A program made the translations under genes and the position numbers. A stretch of 64,000 nt of DNA, from positions 23,560,001 to 23,624,000 of the forward strand of contig OZ024758.1 in the NCBI GenBank assembly GCA_964016885.1. Direction: 5' to 3'. This DNA is from Eledone cirrhosa. Lineage: Eukaryota. Under the pieces are notes generated by a model. That model made no database searches. It saw only the letters and a list, made by a program, of their open reading frames with translations, and was not told the DNA's origin. Below are positions 25,318-39,830 of this stretch, one piece after another. Positions within the stretch are counted from its first letter, which is position 1. Each line of letters starts with the position of its first letter.

Positions 25318-26234
25318 CTGTAAAGCATTCTATCTGCCGTTCTAACGACTCTGCCAATTTACTGTCTTAAATTTTTGTATATATCTATTAAATGAAATTA
25401 TTTTCTTACAAAGAAATTTATAAACTTTTTTTGTTGCTTTTAACTTCCAAAATATACTTCCAACTATTTTGTATATAAAATCAAAAATAATTCTATTATA
25501 AGGAAGTGTGAAATTGAACATTTTGTTGTTCTTGTATACAAAATGCAACTCTAGCAACAATTTGTACGCGCGCACACACTCTTTATTAAAGCGAGTATAC
25601 ATATATATATATCATCATCACTGTTTAATGTCCATTTTTCCATGCTAGCATGTGTTATATATGTATATCATCATTTCATCATTTTACGTCCGCTTTTCCC
25701 TGCTTGCAAGGGTGGGATGGGAGCTGATTCTGGCTTGATTTCTACAGCTGGATGCCCTTCCTAACATCAACCTCATTTACAGTGAGTGCTGGGTACTTTT
25801 TTGCCGTGGCACCTCCACGACCACTTTGCAGTGGAATGATAGGGACCCCAGTCCCTATCATCTCATTTCTACAGCTGAGTAAACTGGAGCAATGTGAAAT
25901 AAAGTGTCTTGCTCAAGGAAACAACACATCACCCGGTCTAAGAATTGAACTCACAACCTTTCGATTGCAAGGCCAATGCTCTAACCACTAAACCATGTGC
26001 TTCCATATATATGTATACATATAATTGTTTCTACTTTTGGCACAAGGCCAGCAATTAATCCAGTGTATTACTGGTATTTTATTTTATCGACCCCCGTAAG
26101 GATGAAAGGCAAAGTTAACCTCGACGGGATTTGATCTCGGACCATAAAGGGCCGTAACTCTTTGCTGCAAAGCATGGCGTCAGACCCTCTACCGATACTG
26201 CCAATCCAGTTTTATATGTATACCAGTGCACCTT

Positions 26235-26284
<50 letters not shown>

Positions 26285-28816
26285 CCTGTCTATTGTGCTA
26301 GTGTATGTATTTGTGTATATATGTATGTATGTATATGTGTATATAGTGTATGTATTTGCATTTTTGTATGAATATACGTTTCTGTTGGTACACTGCCTTT
26401 GTATGCTTTGTATAAATATTTTTAAGCCTTTGTATATATATATATGCATATATATGTGTATATAATGTATGTACACATAATGTATGTACACACACACAAA
26501 GGCTCAAAAATGTTTGTGCATATATATGTATCTATATGTGTATATAATGTATGTATTTGCATTTTTGTATGAATATATGTTTGTATTGGTATACGACTGC
26601 CTGCGTATGCTTGTATAAATATTTTTGAGTCCTTGTATATAAGTATGTATGTATATATGTGTATATAATGTATGTATGTACGTACATACACACAGGCTCA
26701 AAAATATTTATTTATGCATATATATATATATATATGTGTATGTATATATATATATATATGTGTGTGTGTGTATATAATGTATGCGTGTCTGTAAATTTGT
26801 CACCATGTGTAACACATAATTGCCTTTCTCTGCAGAAGGTCTCTATTCATATCACCTAATACCATTCTGTCTGCAGGCTAGTATTTAGATCTGTTTATAG
26901 TGTGTCGTCAGAATATTTCCTAATTACTATGAGTAAGCTAGCTCTCACCTGAGTTGTTTAATGTCCTGTCCAGTCTTGCCAGTTGGCACAATTCTTTATC
27001 TCTTAATCGTTAAGTTTTGGCTAACGAAACTAGAAGCTTGGCTGTAATTAATTGCATTTTCAACATTGGTCTTTATGAATTTCGTGATATTTAATCTGCT
27101 GTATAATAAGTCCTTTTATTCACCCCCCCCCCCCCCCCGCCTTGTAGCTTTTTGTAGGTTTCTTTTATTCAGATGAGGTACTCTCTTGTTTTTGTAGACT
27201 TATCCAACCCATTTTCACACAGAAGATGAGATAACTCAGATTGTAAAGATGGTAAAACTAATAATAATAATAATTGTTTCTACTTTTGGCACAAGGCCAG
27301 CAATTATCCCAGTGCATTACTGGTACTTTATTCTATCGACCCCGGAAGGATGAAAGGCAAAGTTAACCTCGGCGGGATTTGAACTCAGATCATAAAGGGA
27401 GGTAACTCTATGCTTCAAAGCATGGCGCCCGACCCCCTACCGATACTGCCAATCCTACTTTTGGCACAAAGCCAGCAATTACGCCAATGCATTACTGGTA
27501 TTTATTGTTCCTGTAAGGGTGAAAGACAAAGTTAACCGTGGCGGAATTTGAACTCAGATCATAAAGGACACCATGCAGAGCATGGGGTCTGATGCTGATG
27601 CTCTACCAATATTGTCAATCCACCAGCCTTATAATAATAATAATAATAATTGTTTCTACTTTAGGCACAAGGCCAGTAATTTGAAGGGAAGGGGAAAGTC
27701 GATTAAATCAACACCAGTGCATTACTGGTACTTTATTTTATCGGCCCCGTAAGGATGAAAGGCAAAGCTAACGTTGGTGGGATTTGAACTTAGAACTTAA
27801 ACTCTGGAATAAGTGGACAAAGAAGCAGAAGAAGAAGGCTTAGGAAAAATACAATTCAAAAACACATTGTTTTGTGTTTGTAACAATATTTTCTTTAAAC
27901 ATATTGTATCACGTTTTCTAAAGACTGCATTGTTTCTATTAATTTATGGTTACAAAGAGAAGGAAAAATCTGATATCTAGAACAGTGTTCTTCATAGGAA
28001 AAAGAAAATAAGATTTTGTGCACAACAGAACAGCTTGAAGAATAATAGGTTATAAAGTAAAGGAAAAATTAGGTTGAGAGATGGGGGGTACTAAGAAGAA
28101 GAAGAATCTAAGCAGATAAAGTGACTAAGCAACAAGTGAAGAAAAAAAGTACTGAGAAACAAAAATGCGAAATATCAGTGTCTTTTTCTAACATAAGCTA
28201 TTATATGTAATATGACTTTATACTCTTATTCTTTTATTGGTTTCAGTCACTGGAATGTGGCCATACCGGGGCCCTACCTACAATGGTTTTAGTTGACCTC
28301 AGTACTTATTTCAGTTTAGTACTTTGTTGTTTCTTTTTAATAATCTGTGAAATTATCAAGCTGTGTGAAATTAGGAGATATAAGGGACACAAGAGAAACA
28401 CAATACTTATTAACCAACATAATGTTGACATACACCATATCTAGGGCATTTTTTAAAATCTGGCAGACCCCCCCCCCCCCCCCCCCCCCCATCTCCTCTC
28501 TGGGTTAGAATACAGCAGATTTCTTTGAGAGAAGGAGAGAATGGAAGTGATAAAGAGGTATAGTGAAAGAATCGACCTGAGTACTTCACTGGTACTTTTT
28601 TTTTTATCGACTATGAATGGATGAAAGGCAAAGTTGGTTGACTTGAGCAGGATTTGAATTCAGGGAGCCGGGACGAATACCACGAAGCATTCTATCTGAC
28701 GTTCTAACGACTCTATCAAATCACCGCCAGGAAATGTACTACAACATATTAAAATGTTAAAAATTTACTACACAAAACAAATAAGAGCAATCCACCTATA
28801 AATGGGGTGAGAAGCT

Positions 28817-29165
28817 ACCACCACCATCACCTCCACCACTACCACCTCCACCACCACCTCCACCACCACCACCACTACTACCACCACCACCACCACCACC
28901 ACGACCACCGCTACCACCACCACGACCACCACTACCACCACCACCACCACTACCACCACCACCACCACCACCACCACCACTACCACCACCACCACCACTG
29001 CTACTACCACCACCACTACCCCTGCTACTACCACGACTACCACCACAACCACCACTACCACTACCACCACTACCACTGCTACTACTACCACCACCACCAC
29101 CATTACCACCACCACCACCACCATTACTACCACCACTACCACCATCACCTCCACTACCACCACCA
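28817..29165. repeat. (CAC/TAC)n microsatellite
   Basis: Direct inspection; produces spurious poly-V/G/H ORFs. Confidence 0.95.
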
Positions 29166-29935
29166 ACTGATCCAGCTGGATCCCCAAGCACGACTAGTCA
29201 AGCTCATGGATGTTATCCAACCATCTTACTTGGGGTCTACCCCCTGGGTTTCCTGCCAATTGGTTTTGCCCGTAAAATCTGTCCAGCAATTCTTTCCTGA
29301 GACATTCTAACCACATGCTCATAGTATCGGAGCTGTGATCTCTCAATTCGGAGAAGTAGTGGCTCTACCTGGATTGACTCTCTGATCTCCTGAAACATTC
29401 TAACCACATGACCATAGTATGGGAGCTGTGATCTCTCAATTCGGAGAAGTAGTGACTCTACCTGGAGTGACTCTCTGATCTCCTGAGACATTCTAACCAC
29501 ATGTCCATAGTATCGGAGCTGTGGTCTCTCAACTTGGAGAAGTAGTGGCTCTACCTGGATTGACTCTCTGATCTCCTGAAACATTCTAACCACATGACCA
29601 TAGTATTGGAGCTGTGATCTCTCAATTCGGAGAAGTAGTGGCTCTACCTGGATTGACTCTCTGATCTCCTGAAACATTCTAACCACAAGGCCATAGTATC
29701 GGAGCTGTGATCTCTCAATTTGGAGAAGTAGTGGCTCTACCTGGATTGACTCTCTGATCTCCTGAAACATTCTAACCACATGACCATAGTATGGGAGCTG
29801 TGATCTCTCAATTTGGAGAAGTAGTGGCTCTACCTGGATTGACTCTCTGATCTCCTGAGACATTCTAACTACATGCCCATAGTATCAGAGCTGTGATCTC
29901 TCGATTCGGAGAAGTATGGTTCTATCAGGAATGAC
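29165..29935 (-). mobile_element. RTE-type LINE 3' fragment with an in-frame 87-bp tandem expansion (about 7 copies)
   Basis: Repeated QEIRESIQVEPLLLRIERSQLRYYGHVVRM, then ERIAGQILRAKPIGRKPRG; related fragment at 44885-44985. Confidence 0.8.
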
Positions 29936-30933
29936 TCTAAAATATAATATTGTCATTCACTGAACCCGGAACATGAAAGAACCAATGAATCATATCCAAC
30001 AGGTCATTATTTCTGCTCTTTAATCATTCTACTATTGTTTATTTTCTATATCAGAGAGATGAAGTTGCATAACTTCAAATTTGATTGATATTTCGTTATC
30101 TGGTGGCTTTGAATATTTCCAGTTCAGAAAATTACTGGTGTCATAAAATTACTGGTGTCAGAGTAAGATGTATCTAGCCCACTCTGTAAAGTGGTAGAGT
30201 TGGTTCCATGATAAAATGTACCCATCCCAATTAATAAAGTGGTAATGCTGGTGCCATGATAAAATGCACCCAACCACTATGGAAAGTACGGGCAATATGC
30301 AGATAATATACGTCGTGATGTGGGAACGTCTTTACGAACCAACATATTGTCTTCCCGTTTTCCTTTGGTTTAACATTTTTCGAAATATTTACTTCTGCAT
30401 CTACATATTGATTTTTAAAAAAAAAATTTCAGAAGATCCCGTTAAGGGTGAAAGTAGCCATTCTTTGCTTAAACTTTAATCTGTTCTTATAATAAATATT
30501 TGCTCTACGGGTTTATATATATATATATATATATTTATTTATGGAGGCGCATGGCTTAGTGGTTAGAGCATTGGCCTTGCAATCGAAAGGTTGTGAGTTC
30601 AATTCTCAGACCGGGTGATGTGTTGTTTCCTAGAGCAAGACACTTTATTTCACATTGCTCCAGTTTACTCAGCTGTAGAAATGAGATGATAGGGACTGGT
30701 GTCCCTATCATTCCACTGCAAAGTGGTCGTGGAGGGGCCACGTCAAAAAAGCACCCAGCACTCACTGTAAATGAGGTTGGTGTTAGGAAGGGCATCCAGC
30801 TGTAGAAATCAAGCCAGAATCAGTTCCGGTCCCACCCTTGCAAGCAGGGAAAAGTGGACGTAAAATGAAATGATGAATGATGATGAATCCTTGTCGAGCC
30901 CTCTTCGGATTTTAGTCTTCACATTTATTATTA

Positions 30934-30989
<56 letters not shown>

Positions 30990-32664
30990 GACAATTGACA
31001 CCATTCATTACAAATCTTATTTGCTTACCAAGTGGGGTGGAACTTGTCAATTCGGACCAAGGAAACAATGTTTCCATTGGTCTTTCCAATACTGCTACTA
31101 TCTGCTGGTCACAACTCCTGGCAGGAAACTTTAGATACACCTACATTAAATTCATCTTAGATTTTCTCATACACATTATATTGTGCATGTGTGGATTGCC
31201 AGTATCGATAGAGAGTCGGACACAATGCTTTGAAGCATAGAGTTACGTCCCTTTATGATCTGAGTTCAAATCCCGCCGAGGTTAACTTTGCCTTTCATCC
31301 TTACGGGGTCGATAAAATAAAGTACCAGTAATGCACTGGCATTTGCTGGCCTTGTGCCAAAAGTAGAAACAATTATATTGCGCATAGGTATTTATTACTT
31401 CCTATGAATAAGAACAGCAACAACAACACCATGATCATTAGCGTTCGTGACATATAAGTCTGGAATCCAACATCATACCTACCCTACAATTGCTTCTCTT
31501 AATGCAGGCATATATTTCATTGTATCACCCCTACCTTGCTTCAGAGTAGTACTCTGACCTTTGGCAAGAGAAGGGTCAAGGCAGCAGGTTTAGTATGTGT
31601 AAGAACTGAAGTAGTGTTGTAACGTTATGGAATAATAATTACCCTTGCTGTTTTCATATGTCGCTCTCTCTGCTCCATGCACATCTGTTGCTACAGAATG
31701 CTTCTATTAAATTTCAAATACTTTCTCAACAATTACTTAGACTTCTATTCTATTCTTCTCTCTCAGTGTCTTCCACCAAACTCTATTTTTTATTTTTTTT
31801 TACAAACTTTTTTTTTTCCTTCTTCTCTTGTTTTTTCTCTTCTTCTTTAAGAAACTATTTCATTCTCTTTATTTTTCTGTCTTCTAATTCTCGACCTCCA
31901 CCATAAAGTTATTTACTACTTAGCTTTTCTTTCTTTCTTTCTTACTTTCTTTCTCTCTTTCGCTTTCTTTCTTTCTTTTTTCATTCTCTTTTTCTTTCTC
32001 TTTTTCTTTCTTTCTCTATTTCCTTCCTTTTTATTCCTTTTTTCTTTCGTCCTTTCCTTCTTTTTATTCCTTCTTTCTTTCTTCTATCTCTATCATATTG
32101 TCTTACTCTCTATTCCTGTCTCTTTATCTCACCCCCACCCACCCCACCGAAGTCCTCCCTCACCAAACATACTTTCATTCTTTTGTTTTTTTTCTTGTTG
32201 TTTCTATCACCAACCAGTACCCCCCCCCTCCACACACACACACACTTCTCACCACCAAACAACCACCCCCAACTTGCTTTACCAAATGACTTCTTTCATT
32301 ACTAATTGTTTTCACCGCAGCCAACTGCACCACACACACACACACACACACACACAAATACACACATACACACACACACGTGCACACAGAAACAGACGCG
32401 CACACAGATCCGCACGTAGTAAAGCTAATGTCACTGGCTTCTACACATGTTCTCTTGTGTTTCTATCTGTAAACCTCAAATAATCTCTAACCTGGGAGTC
32501 CAGAGTCTGTATTAGATATATCCACCTACCTTTGTAGACATTTCGGTGGAAAATACTGTGGTGAATATTGAAAGAGGCAAACTTTTGTAGTGGAAAGACC
32601 ATTTTCGAAATTGAATATTGAATTTTGGAAGAAAGGAATTCTTGTCTTGAATTTATTTAAAAAG

Positions 32665-32695
<31 letters not shown>

Positions 32696-33639
32696 CCAAG
32701 TTCAACTGAATAGTGTCAACTCATCTGATACATCTATCTTTGTTGCATAAATTGTGTGCGTGCATATACACATACACACATAAACAAACATATATACACC
32801 ATGCAATGTATACACACACACACATCCACCTACACACACACACCATGGTTGATGAATTCATAGGTAATTCCTGATGCATGCATACACATACACACTCTGC
32901 AATGTATGCGCACATACATCCACCTACACACCCTGATAGTTGCATTCATAGATAATTCCTGTCGCTGCAGTTGACAAGCAGCGGGACAGAAAATGTTGGT
33001 AATGAAAAAAGGAACTCTAACTCATTAGCATTCACGCTATTCTATATTTATTACTATATTTTCACGGTAAAGGCTTTATCTCACATAATATCGAATCTAT
33101 AAGATTTTGATATCATTTATTTTGAGAACAATACCTTAACACCAATATGAGTGGCTGGTTGCAGCCGGTTTGAACAGAAAGAGGGGAGAGAATTCTGGCT
33201 GGACACTAAAGGGTTGAGGCCAGATTTTTCAGCTTATTTCTTATCTACTCCTTACAACACAACAACACACTATTGTAAAGTGTTTGTAGAATGGACACTA
33301 TAAAGCTACAACTAGATTATTATGTATGAAGCAAGTTCAAGCGCTGGCCAAATGAGGAGGACTAAGTGCGATGTTATTACTAGAACTACTACTACCACTA
33401 CCACCACCGCCACTACCACTACCATTGGCACTACTAACACAATTAATGTTAGTCAAGCGAGATACTACCTGCTTTTCACCTTGCTTTGTGTACTGAATGT
33501 CATCCGAGAACCAAATTTTCTTTCCAACATTCGTATCGGTCACATGACCAATATTAGATCAATGGCTGTTAACTTTGTATTAAAACTTTTCGGCATTTGT
33601 TTGTAAGTTGCCAACGCCATCTATTTTGTTGTTGCCACC

Positions 33640-33656
33640 GCCACCACCGTCATCGC

Positions 33657-33690
<34 letters not shown>

Positions 33691-34760
33691 GTCATCGTCA
33701 TCATCATCATCATCATCAGTATCCGAACAATCATCATCTGTACAATCATCTTAATCATCACCATCACCATCATCAGTACAATCATTATCCTCATCACCAT
33801 CACTACAATCATCATCACCATCACTACAATCATCATCATCATCAGTACAATCATCATCATCATCAGTACAATCATCATCATCATCAGTACAATCATCATC
33901 ATCATCAGTACAATCATCATCATCATCAGTACAATCATCATCATCATCAGTACAATCATCATCATCATCAGTACAATCATCATCATCATCAGTACAATCA
34001 TCATCATCACTACAACAATTATTACCATCACCATCACCACCATCACCATCATCACTACAACCATTATTACCATCACCATCACCACCATCACCATCACAAC
34101 AATTATTACCAACACCATCACCACCATCACCATCATCACTACAACCATTATTACCATCACCACCATCACCATCACCATCACTACAACCATTATTACCATC
34201 ACCATCACCATCACCATCATCACTACAACCATTATTACCATCACCACCATCACCATCACCATCACTACAACCATTATTACCATCACCATCATCACCATCA
34301 CCATCACTACAACCATTATTACCATCACCATCATCACCATCACCATCACTACAACCATTATTACCATCACCATCATCACCATCACCATCACTACAACCAT
34401 TATTACCATCACCACCATCACCATCACCATCACTACAACCATTATTACCATCACCATCACCACCACCATCATCACTACAACCATTATTACCATCACCACC
34501 ATCATCATCACCATCACTACAACCATTATTACCATCACCATCACCACCATCACCATCACCATCATCACTACAACCATTATTACCATCACCATCACCACCA
34601 TTACCATCATCACTACAACCATTATTACCATCACCATCACCACCATCATCTCTACACTACAACCATTATTATCATCACCATCACCACCATTACCATCATC
34701 ACTACAACCATTATTACCATCACCATCACCACCATCATCAATACAATCATCATAATCAAT
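33640..34760. repeat. (CAT/CAC)n-derived array with 18-bp and 39-bp higher-order units
   Basis: CATCATCATCAGTACAAT repeats followed by repeats of CACTACAACCATTATTAC(CATCAC)n. Confidence 0.95.
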
Positions 34761-36303
34761 ATTGGATATTTTTTATTTTTGCTTTATTCTATTGCCTTTA
34801 AATTGTTGTTGTTGTTGTTGTGACTGGTATTGTAAATGTTTGTTTATTCTCTCACATTGTCGCCACCATCCAATAAATAATCTCCTACAACCAGACTGTT
34901 TTCTTTTACCTTCAATGTAGCACTCCTCCATTAACTCTTAACATCCTGTATCACATGAAACCACATTAGTAAGACACTCTTAACCCTTTAGCATTTACAT
35001 TACTCTATATATATATATACTATTGTATTTTTTCACAGTACAGACTTTACCTCACATAATTATCTCGCATACTATCGAATCTATGAGATTTTGATATTTA
35101 TTTTGAGAACAATACCTTAACATCAGTATGAGTGACCAATTACAGCAGATTTGGACAGAAAGAGCTGAGAGAATTCTGGCCAGATATGGCCGGTTTAAAT
35201 GCTAAAGCGTTAAAAAATATGGACACCACTATAAATGTAGCACATGAAAAATTTAAGTCTTTACAATTTTTTCCTGCAAATTTTCACTGCAACTTCTTTA
35301 GTAGTAAAGGTACTATAAACATTTGAATTAACTAACATGTTTTATTTTTAGATCAGCGTTTCTCAAACTTTTAAATTTTGTGGAACCCTTGGAATAATTT
35401 TCATGTCTCAGAACCCCAGCATAAAAATTATCATATACCATTATTAACCCTTTAGCATTTAAAGTGAAGGCGTGTGGCTGAGTGGTTAGAGAATTGGATT
35501 CATAATCGTGAGGTTGGGAGTTTGATTCCTATACCGGGCGATGCATTATGTCCTTGAGCAAGACACTTTATTTCACGTTGCTCCTTCTACCTGGAGTTGC
35601 GACCGATAGATAGTACTAGCAACTGGAAAGACCAACAGAAACATTGTTTCCTCGGCCTGATTTGACGAAAGTCAATCGATCCTAGCATTTAAACCTGCTG
35701 AATCTGGCCAGAATTCTCTCAGTTCTTTCTGTTCAAACCGGCCATAACCGGTCACTCATACTGACATTAAGGTATTATTTTGTTCTCAATATAAATATCA
35801 TCGAAATCTCGTAGATTCCATATTATGTGAGATAAAGCCTTTACCATGAAAATATAATAGTAAATATAGAGTAATGTAAATGCTAAAGAGTTAAAATCTA
35901 TCTCTTTTAGAGGTTGAAGTCTTTACTATATTTTACTGCAACTGCAAATTTTCATAGTGACCTGTCCAGTAGTAAAGGTACTATAAACATTTGAACTAAC
36001 ATCTGCTTGGAACAGCTGCCAATTGTCCTTTGAATCACATCCTTTTGTATTAAAAAAGAAAGGAAGACATGTTGGATAATGTAGTCTTAGATATGCTGCC
36101 ACCACCACCACCACCACCACCATTGTTTAATATCTATTTTTCTATGCTTGCATGGGTTAGATGGGTCGTCCACATTGTGATACAAGTCTGGCCAGTTGGC
36201 TGCACCGTACCTGACACAAATGGAACTGTATTTTGACTGTTTTCTTTTTTATATCTGGATGCCCCTCTTAACACCAACCGCGTTTATAGCTGACAAAAAA
36301 GTT

Positions 36304-36856
36304 ATGGGCTGGTCAAAGCTTGAATGTGTTTGACCACTGATCTGCTTCATTGAAGCTGACCTAGGGTTTAACAACAAATCAATTTTTCTAGTTAATACAC
36401 AAATACTATTAACATGGGCTGGTCAAAGCTGTTATGTGTTTGATTGAAGCTGACCTAGGGTTTAACAACAAATCAATTTTTCTAGTTAATACACAAATAC
36501 TATTAACATGGGCTGGTCAAAGCTGTTATGTGTTTGATTGAAGCTGACCTAGGGTTTAACAACAAATCAATTTTTTTAGTTAATACACAAATACTATTAA
36601 CATGGGCTGGTCAAAGCTGTTATGTGTTTGATTGAAGCTGACCTAGGGTTTAACAACAAATCAATTTTTCTAGTTAATACACAAATACTATTAACATGGG
36701 CTGGTAAAAACCGCAATGTGTTTGACCAGTGGTCTGGTTGATTGAAGCTGACCTGGGGTTTTAACAATAACAAATTCATTTTCCCAGTTAATGCACAAAA
36801 ATAATATTAACATTGGACTGGTCAATGCTGGAATATGTTTGGTTGAAGCTGACCTA
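36304..36856. repeat. 94-bp minisatellite, about 6 copies
   Basis: CATGGGCTGGT recurs at 36413, 36507, 36601, 36695. Confidence 0.9.
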
Positions 36857-37975
36857 CCACCCTACTCTCCACCATAGGCGCTGAGCTGGCCAGCCGCAGG
36901 TGTGAACCCCGCGAGTGGAAATGGCTCTTCCAGCGCATCTCCCTTACCATCCTCTGTCTGGGGGAAACACCTTCTCCGTTCTGTCCACCGGGGTTGTGGG
37001 GAGGCCAGCGCGTGGGACCCCATTTGCTCACCATACAGAGAGATGGGGAGGGCGAGAGAGATGGAGGCGATGACAGTGGGAGTTTGGCTCTTCCACGTTC
37101 GGACCATACCCTCGTGGTTGTGTTCATTATGTATAGAGTTCATTCCAATAACATTTCTATAGTCAGATATACTTTTTGACACCATTGTTAGAGTGGTAAA
37201 TTGATAATATTAATGTGGGGTTGAGGAGAATAAGACTGGCTTTTCTGGAGCCAACAGTTTGGTATGATGATGGTGATGATGATGATGATGAATTGACACT
37301 TATACAAACTGAAGTGCTAATGACCCGTGTTTGGTGTAATATTACTGTGTTTTTTTTAGACTGAACTAGATCAACAAAGCATGATAGTCTTCTAAAAGCT
37401 ATGTAATATTCCAAAGCAAGGGATGTCACATTCAGATTCACAGTAGTCAGTGTGTGAATTATGTATGTGTGTGTGTGTGTATTAGTATGTGTGTGGGTGA
37501 ATTGATATGTGTGAACTATGTATTTGTGTGTATTGGTGTATTAGTGTGTGTGTGTATATATTAGTATGTGTGTGGGTGAATTGATATGTGTATATATTAG
37601 TATATTTGTGTGTGCATTAGTGTGTTTGTGTGTGTGTGTGTATCATCATCATCATTTTATGTCCGCTTTTCCCTGCTTGCAAGGGTGGGACGGGAACTGA
37701 TTCTGGCTTGATTTCTAACACCAACCTCATTTACAGTGAGTGCTGGGTGACTTTTTTGCCGTGGCACATCCACGACCACTTTGCAGTGGAATGATAGGGA
37801 CCCCAGTCCCTCTCATCTCATTTCTACAGCTGAGTAAACTGGAGCAATGTGAAATAAAGTGTCTTGCTCAAGGAAACAACACATCACCCGGTCTGAGAAT
37901 TGAACTCACAACCTTTCGATTGCAAGGCCAATGCTCTAACCACTCAGCCTTCACAATGTGTAACCAATTTCCTCC

Positions 37976-38009
<34 letters not shown>

Positions 38010-38478
38010 TAGTATATTAGTATGTGTGAATTGATGTGTGTATTTGTGTATATATTAGTGTGTGTGTGTTTGTATAAGTTTGTGTGTGTGTATTAGTATG
38101 TGTGTATTTGTATATATATATTAGTATGTGTGTATTAATGTATGTGTATTTGTGTGTATTTGTATGTTTGTTGTTGAGATGGAGTTGGTCAGAGTATCGC
38201 TTAAGGCTTTCTCTGTTTATGTATTGTATATATATATATATATATATAAGTATGAATGTTTATATCAACACGTGTGTACATATTTAATATCACAGAGTAC
38301 AATAAGCCAGGAAGTTTTATTACTAAGGTAAATAAATTCAACCTCCTTCCCGCCACATCTCTCACCTGGTTTCTTGTTTCTATTTACAGACAAGCAAAAA
38401 CAGCTAAAACAGCAAAAGTATCTACTACAGCATATAATCTAATACTACACCATAGCATTGCTCCCGTGAATATTTTTC

Positions 38479-38512
<34 letters not shown>

Positions 38513-39160
38513 GAGGCACATGGCTTAGTGGTTAGAGCATTGGCCTTGCAATCGAAAGGTTGTGAGTTCAATTCTCAGACCGGGTGATGTGTTGTGTCCT
38601 TGAGCAAGACACTTTATTTCACATTGCTCCAGTTTTCTCAGCTGTAGAAATGAGATGATAGGGACTGGGGTCCCTATCATTCCACTGCAAAGTGGTCGTG
38701 GAGGTGCCACGGCAAGAAAGCACCCAGCACTCACTGTAAATGAGGTTGGTGTTAGGAAGGGCATCCAGCTGTAGAAATCAAGCCAGAATCAGTTCCCGTC
38801 CCACCCTTGCAAGCAGGGAAAAAGCGGACGTAAAATGAAATGATGATGATGATGATATATATAAGCAGAAGGGATATTCAATTTGTTGGTAATTCAACAA
38901 ATATAAATGTTTATAACTGATTCAGAGCACTCGACAGGTTTTCTGGAGTATATATTCAATGATATTAAATAAATGGAAACTATATTTATAAAACCATATA
39001 ATACAAAGTTTGTTTTATAAATTTTCAACCTCATTTGCATACTCATCTTAATAATTTGAAATATCCGACTTTTCTTCTCTTTTCCTTCACTATCCAAGAA
39101 AAACTTGAACTGTTAAGGTATCTTTTCTTGGTAATGTCAAAATTTATAAAACACACTTTG

Positions 39161-39221
39161 TATTTTATCTGATGAGAGCGTACCAAAGTTTTGGTACCCT
39201 TGAAATATATATAATAGAATA
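39161..39221 (+). ncRNA. Minimal type-I hammerhead ribozyme motif within a Penelope-like fragment (about 38870-39270)
   Basis: TATTTTAT-CTGATGA-GAG C GTACCAAA GT TTTGGTAC C CTT-GAAA-TATATA-TA^-ATAGAATA. Confidence 0.75.
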
Positions 39222-39789
39222 AATATGGTTTTATAAATATAGTTTCCATTTCTTTAATATCATTGGATATATATATATCATCATCATCATTTAACGTCCA
39301 TCTTCCACGCTAGCATGGGTTTGGCCGGGAATTTTCCCACTTGAGGCAAGATTGGTTGTCTTGCTCGTATAGGACTGTCTGGCGGGTTTTCTACGGCTGG
39401 ATGCGCTTCCTAACACCAGCCACATTTACAGTGTGGACTGGGAGGTTTTTACCGTGTTACCTACACGGCCACATTACAGCGTGGACTGTGTGTTTTTTTG
39501 TCGTGACACCTACACGACCTCATTTATTTAGGACTGGATGTTGTGGTACCAACATAACTTTACATCGTGGTGTGGATGGGGTGGGGGTAGTGGGACCGGG
39601 GTGTATTTTTGTTAAGAGGTGCCTACTGACTGTAGGTTTCGCTTTGCACTTAGGCAAGGCGGGTCTTCTGTATTAGTGCGTAACGCCAAAGATCTCGGTC
39701 CAGTGACATTGTCTTGGAGAGGTGTAAGTGTGTGAGGTCGGAATTTATCAAGTCGTCCCAGATTTTTCTGGGTCTGCCTACTCCGTGGC

Positions 39790-39830
<41 letters not shown>

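Noticed and set aside
28768-29310. Gly-rich, Val-rich and His-rich ORFs
   Set aside because: Translations of a (CAC)n microsatellite.
33597-34823. 408-aa His-rich ORF (and 342-aa Met/Val ORF on the other strand)
   Set aside because: Trinucleotide-repeat array that is open in several frames by construction; no splice or codon evidence.
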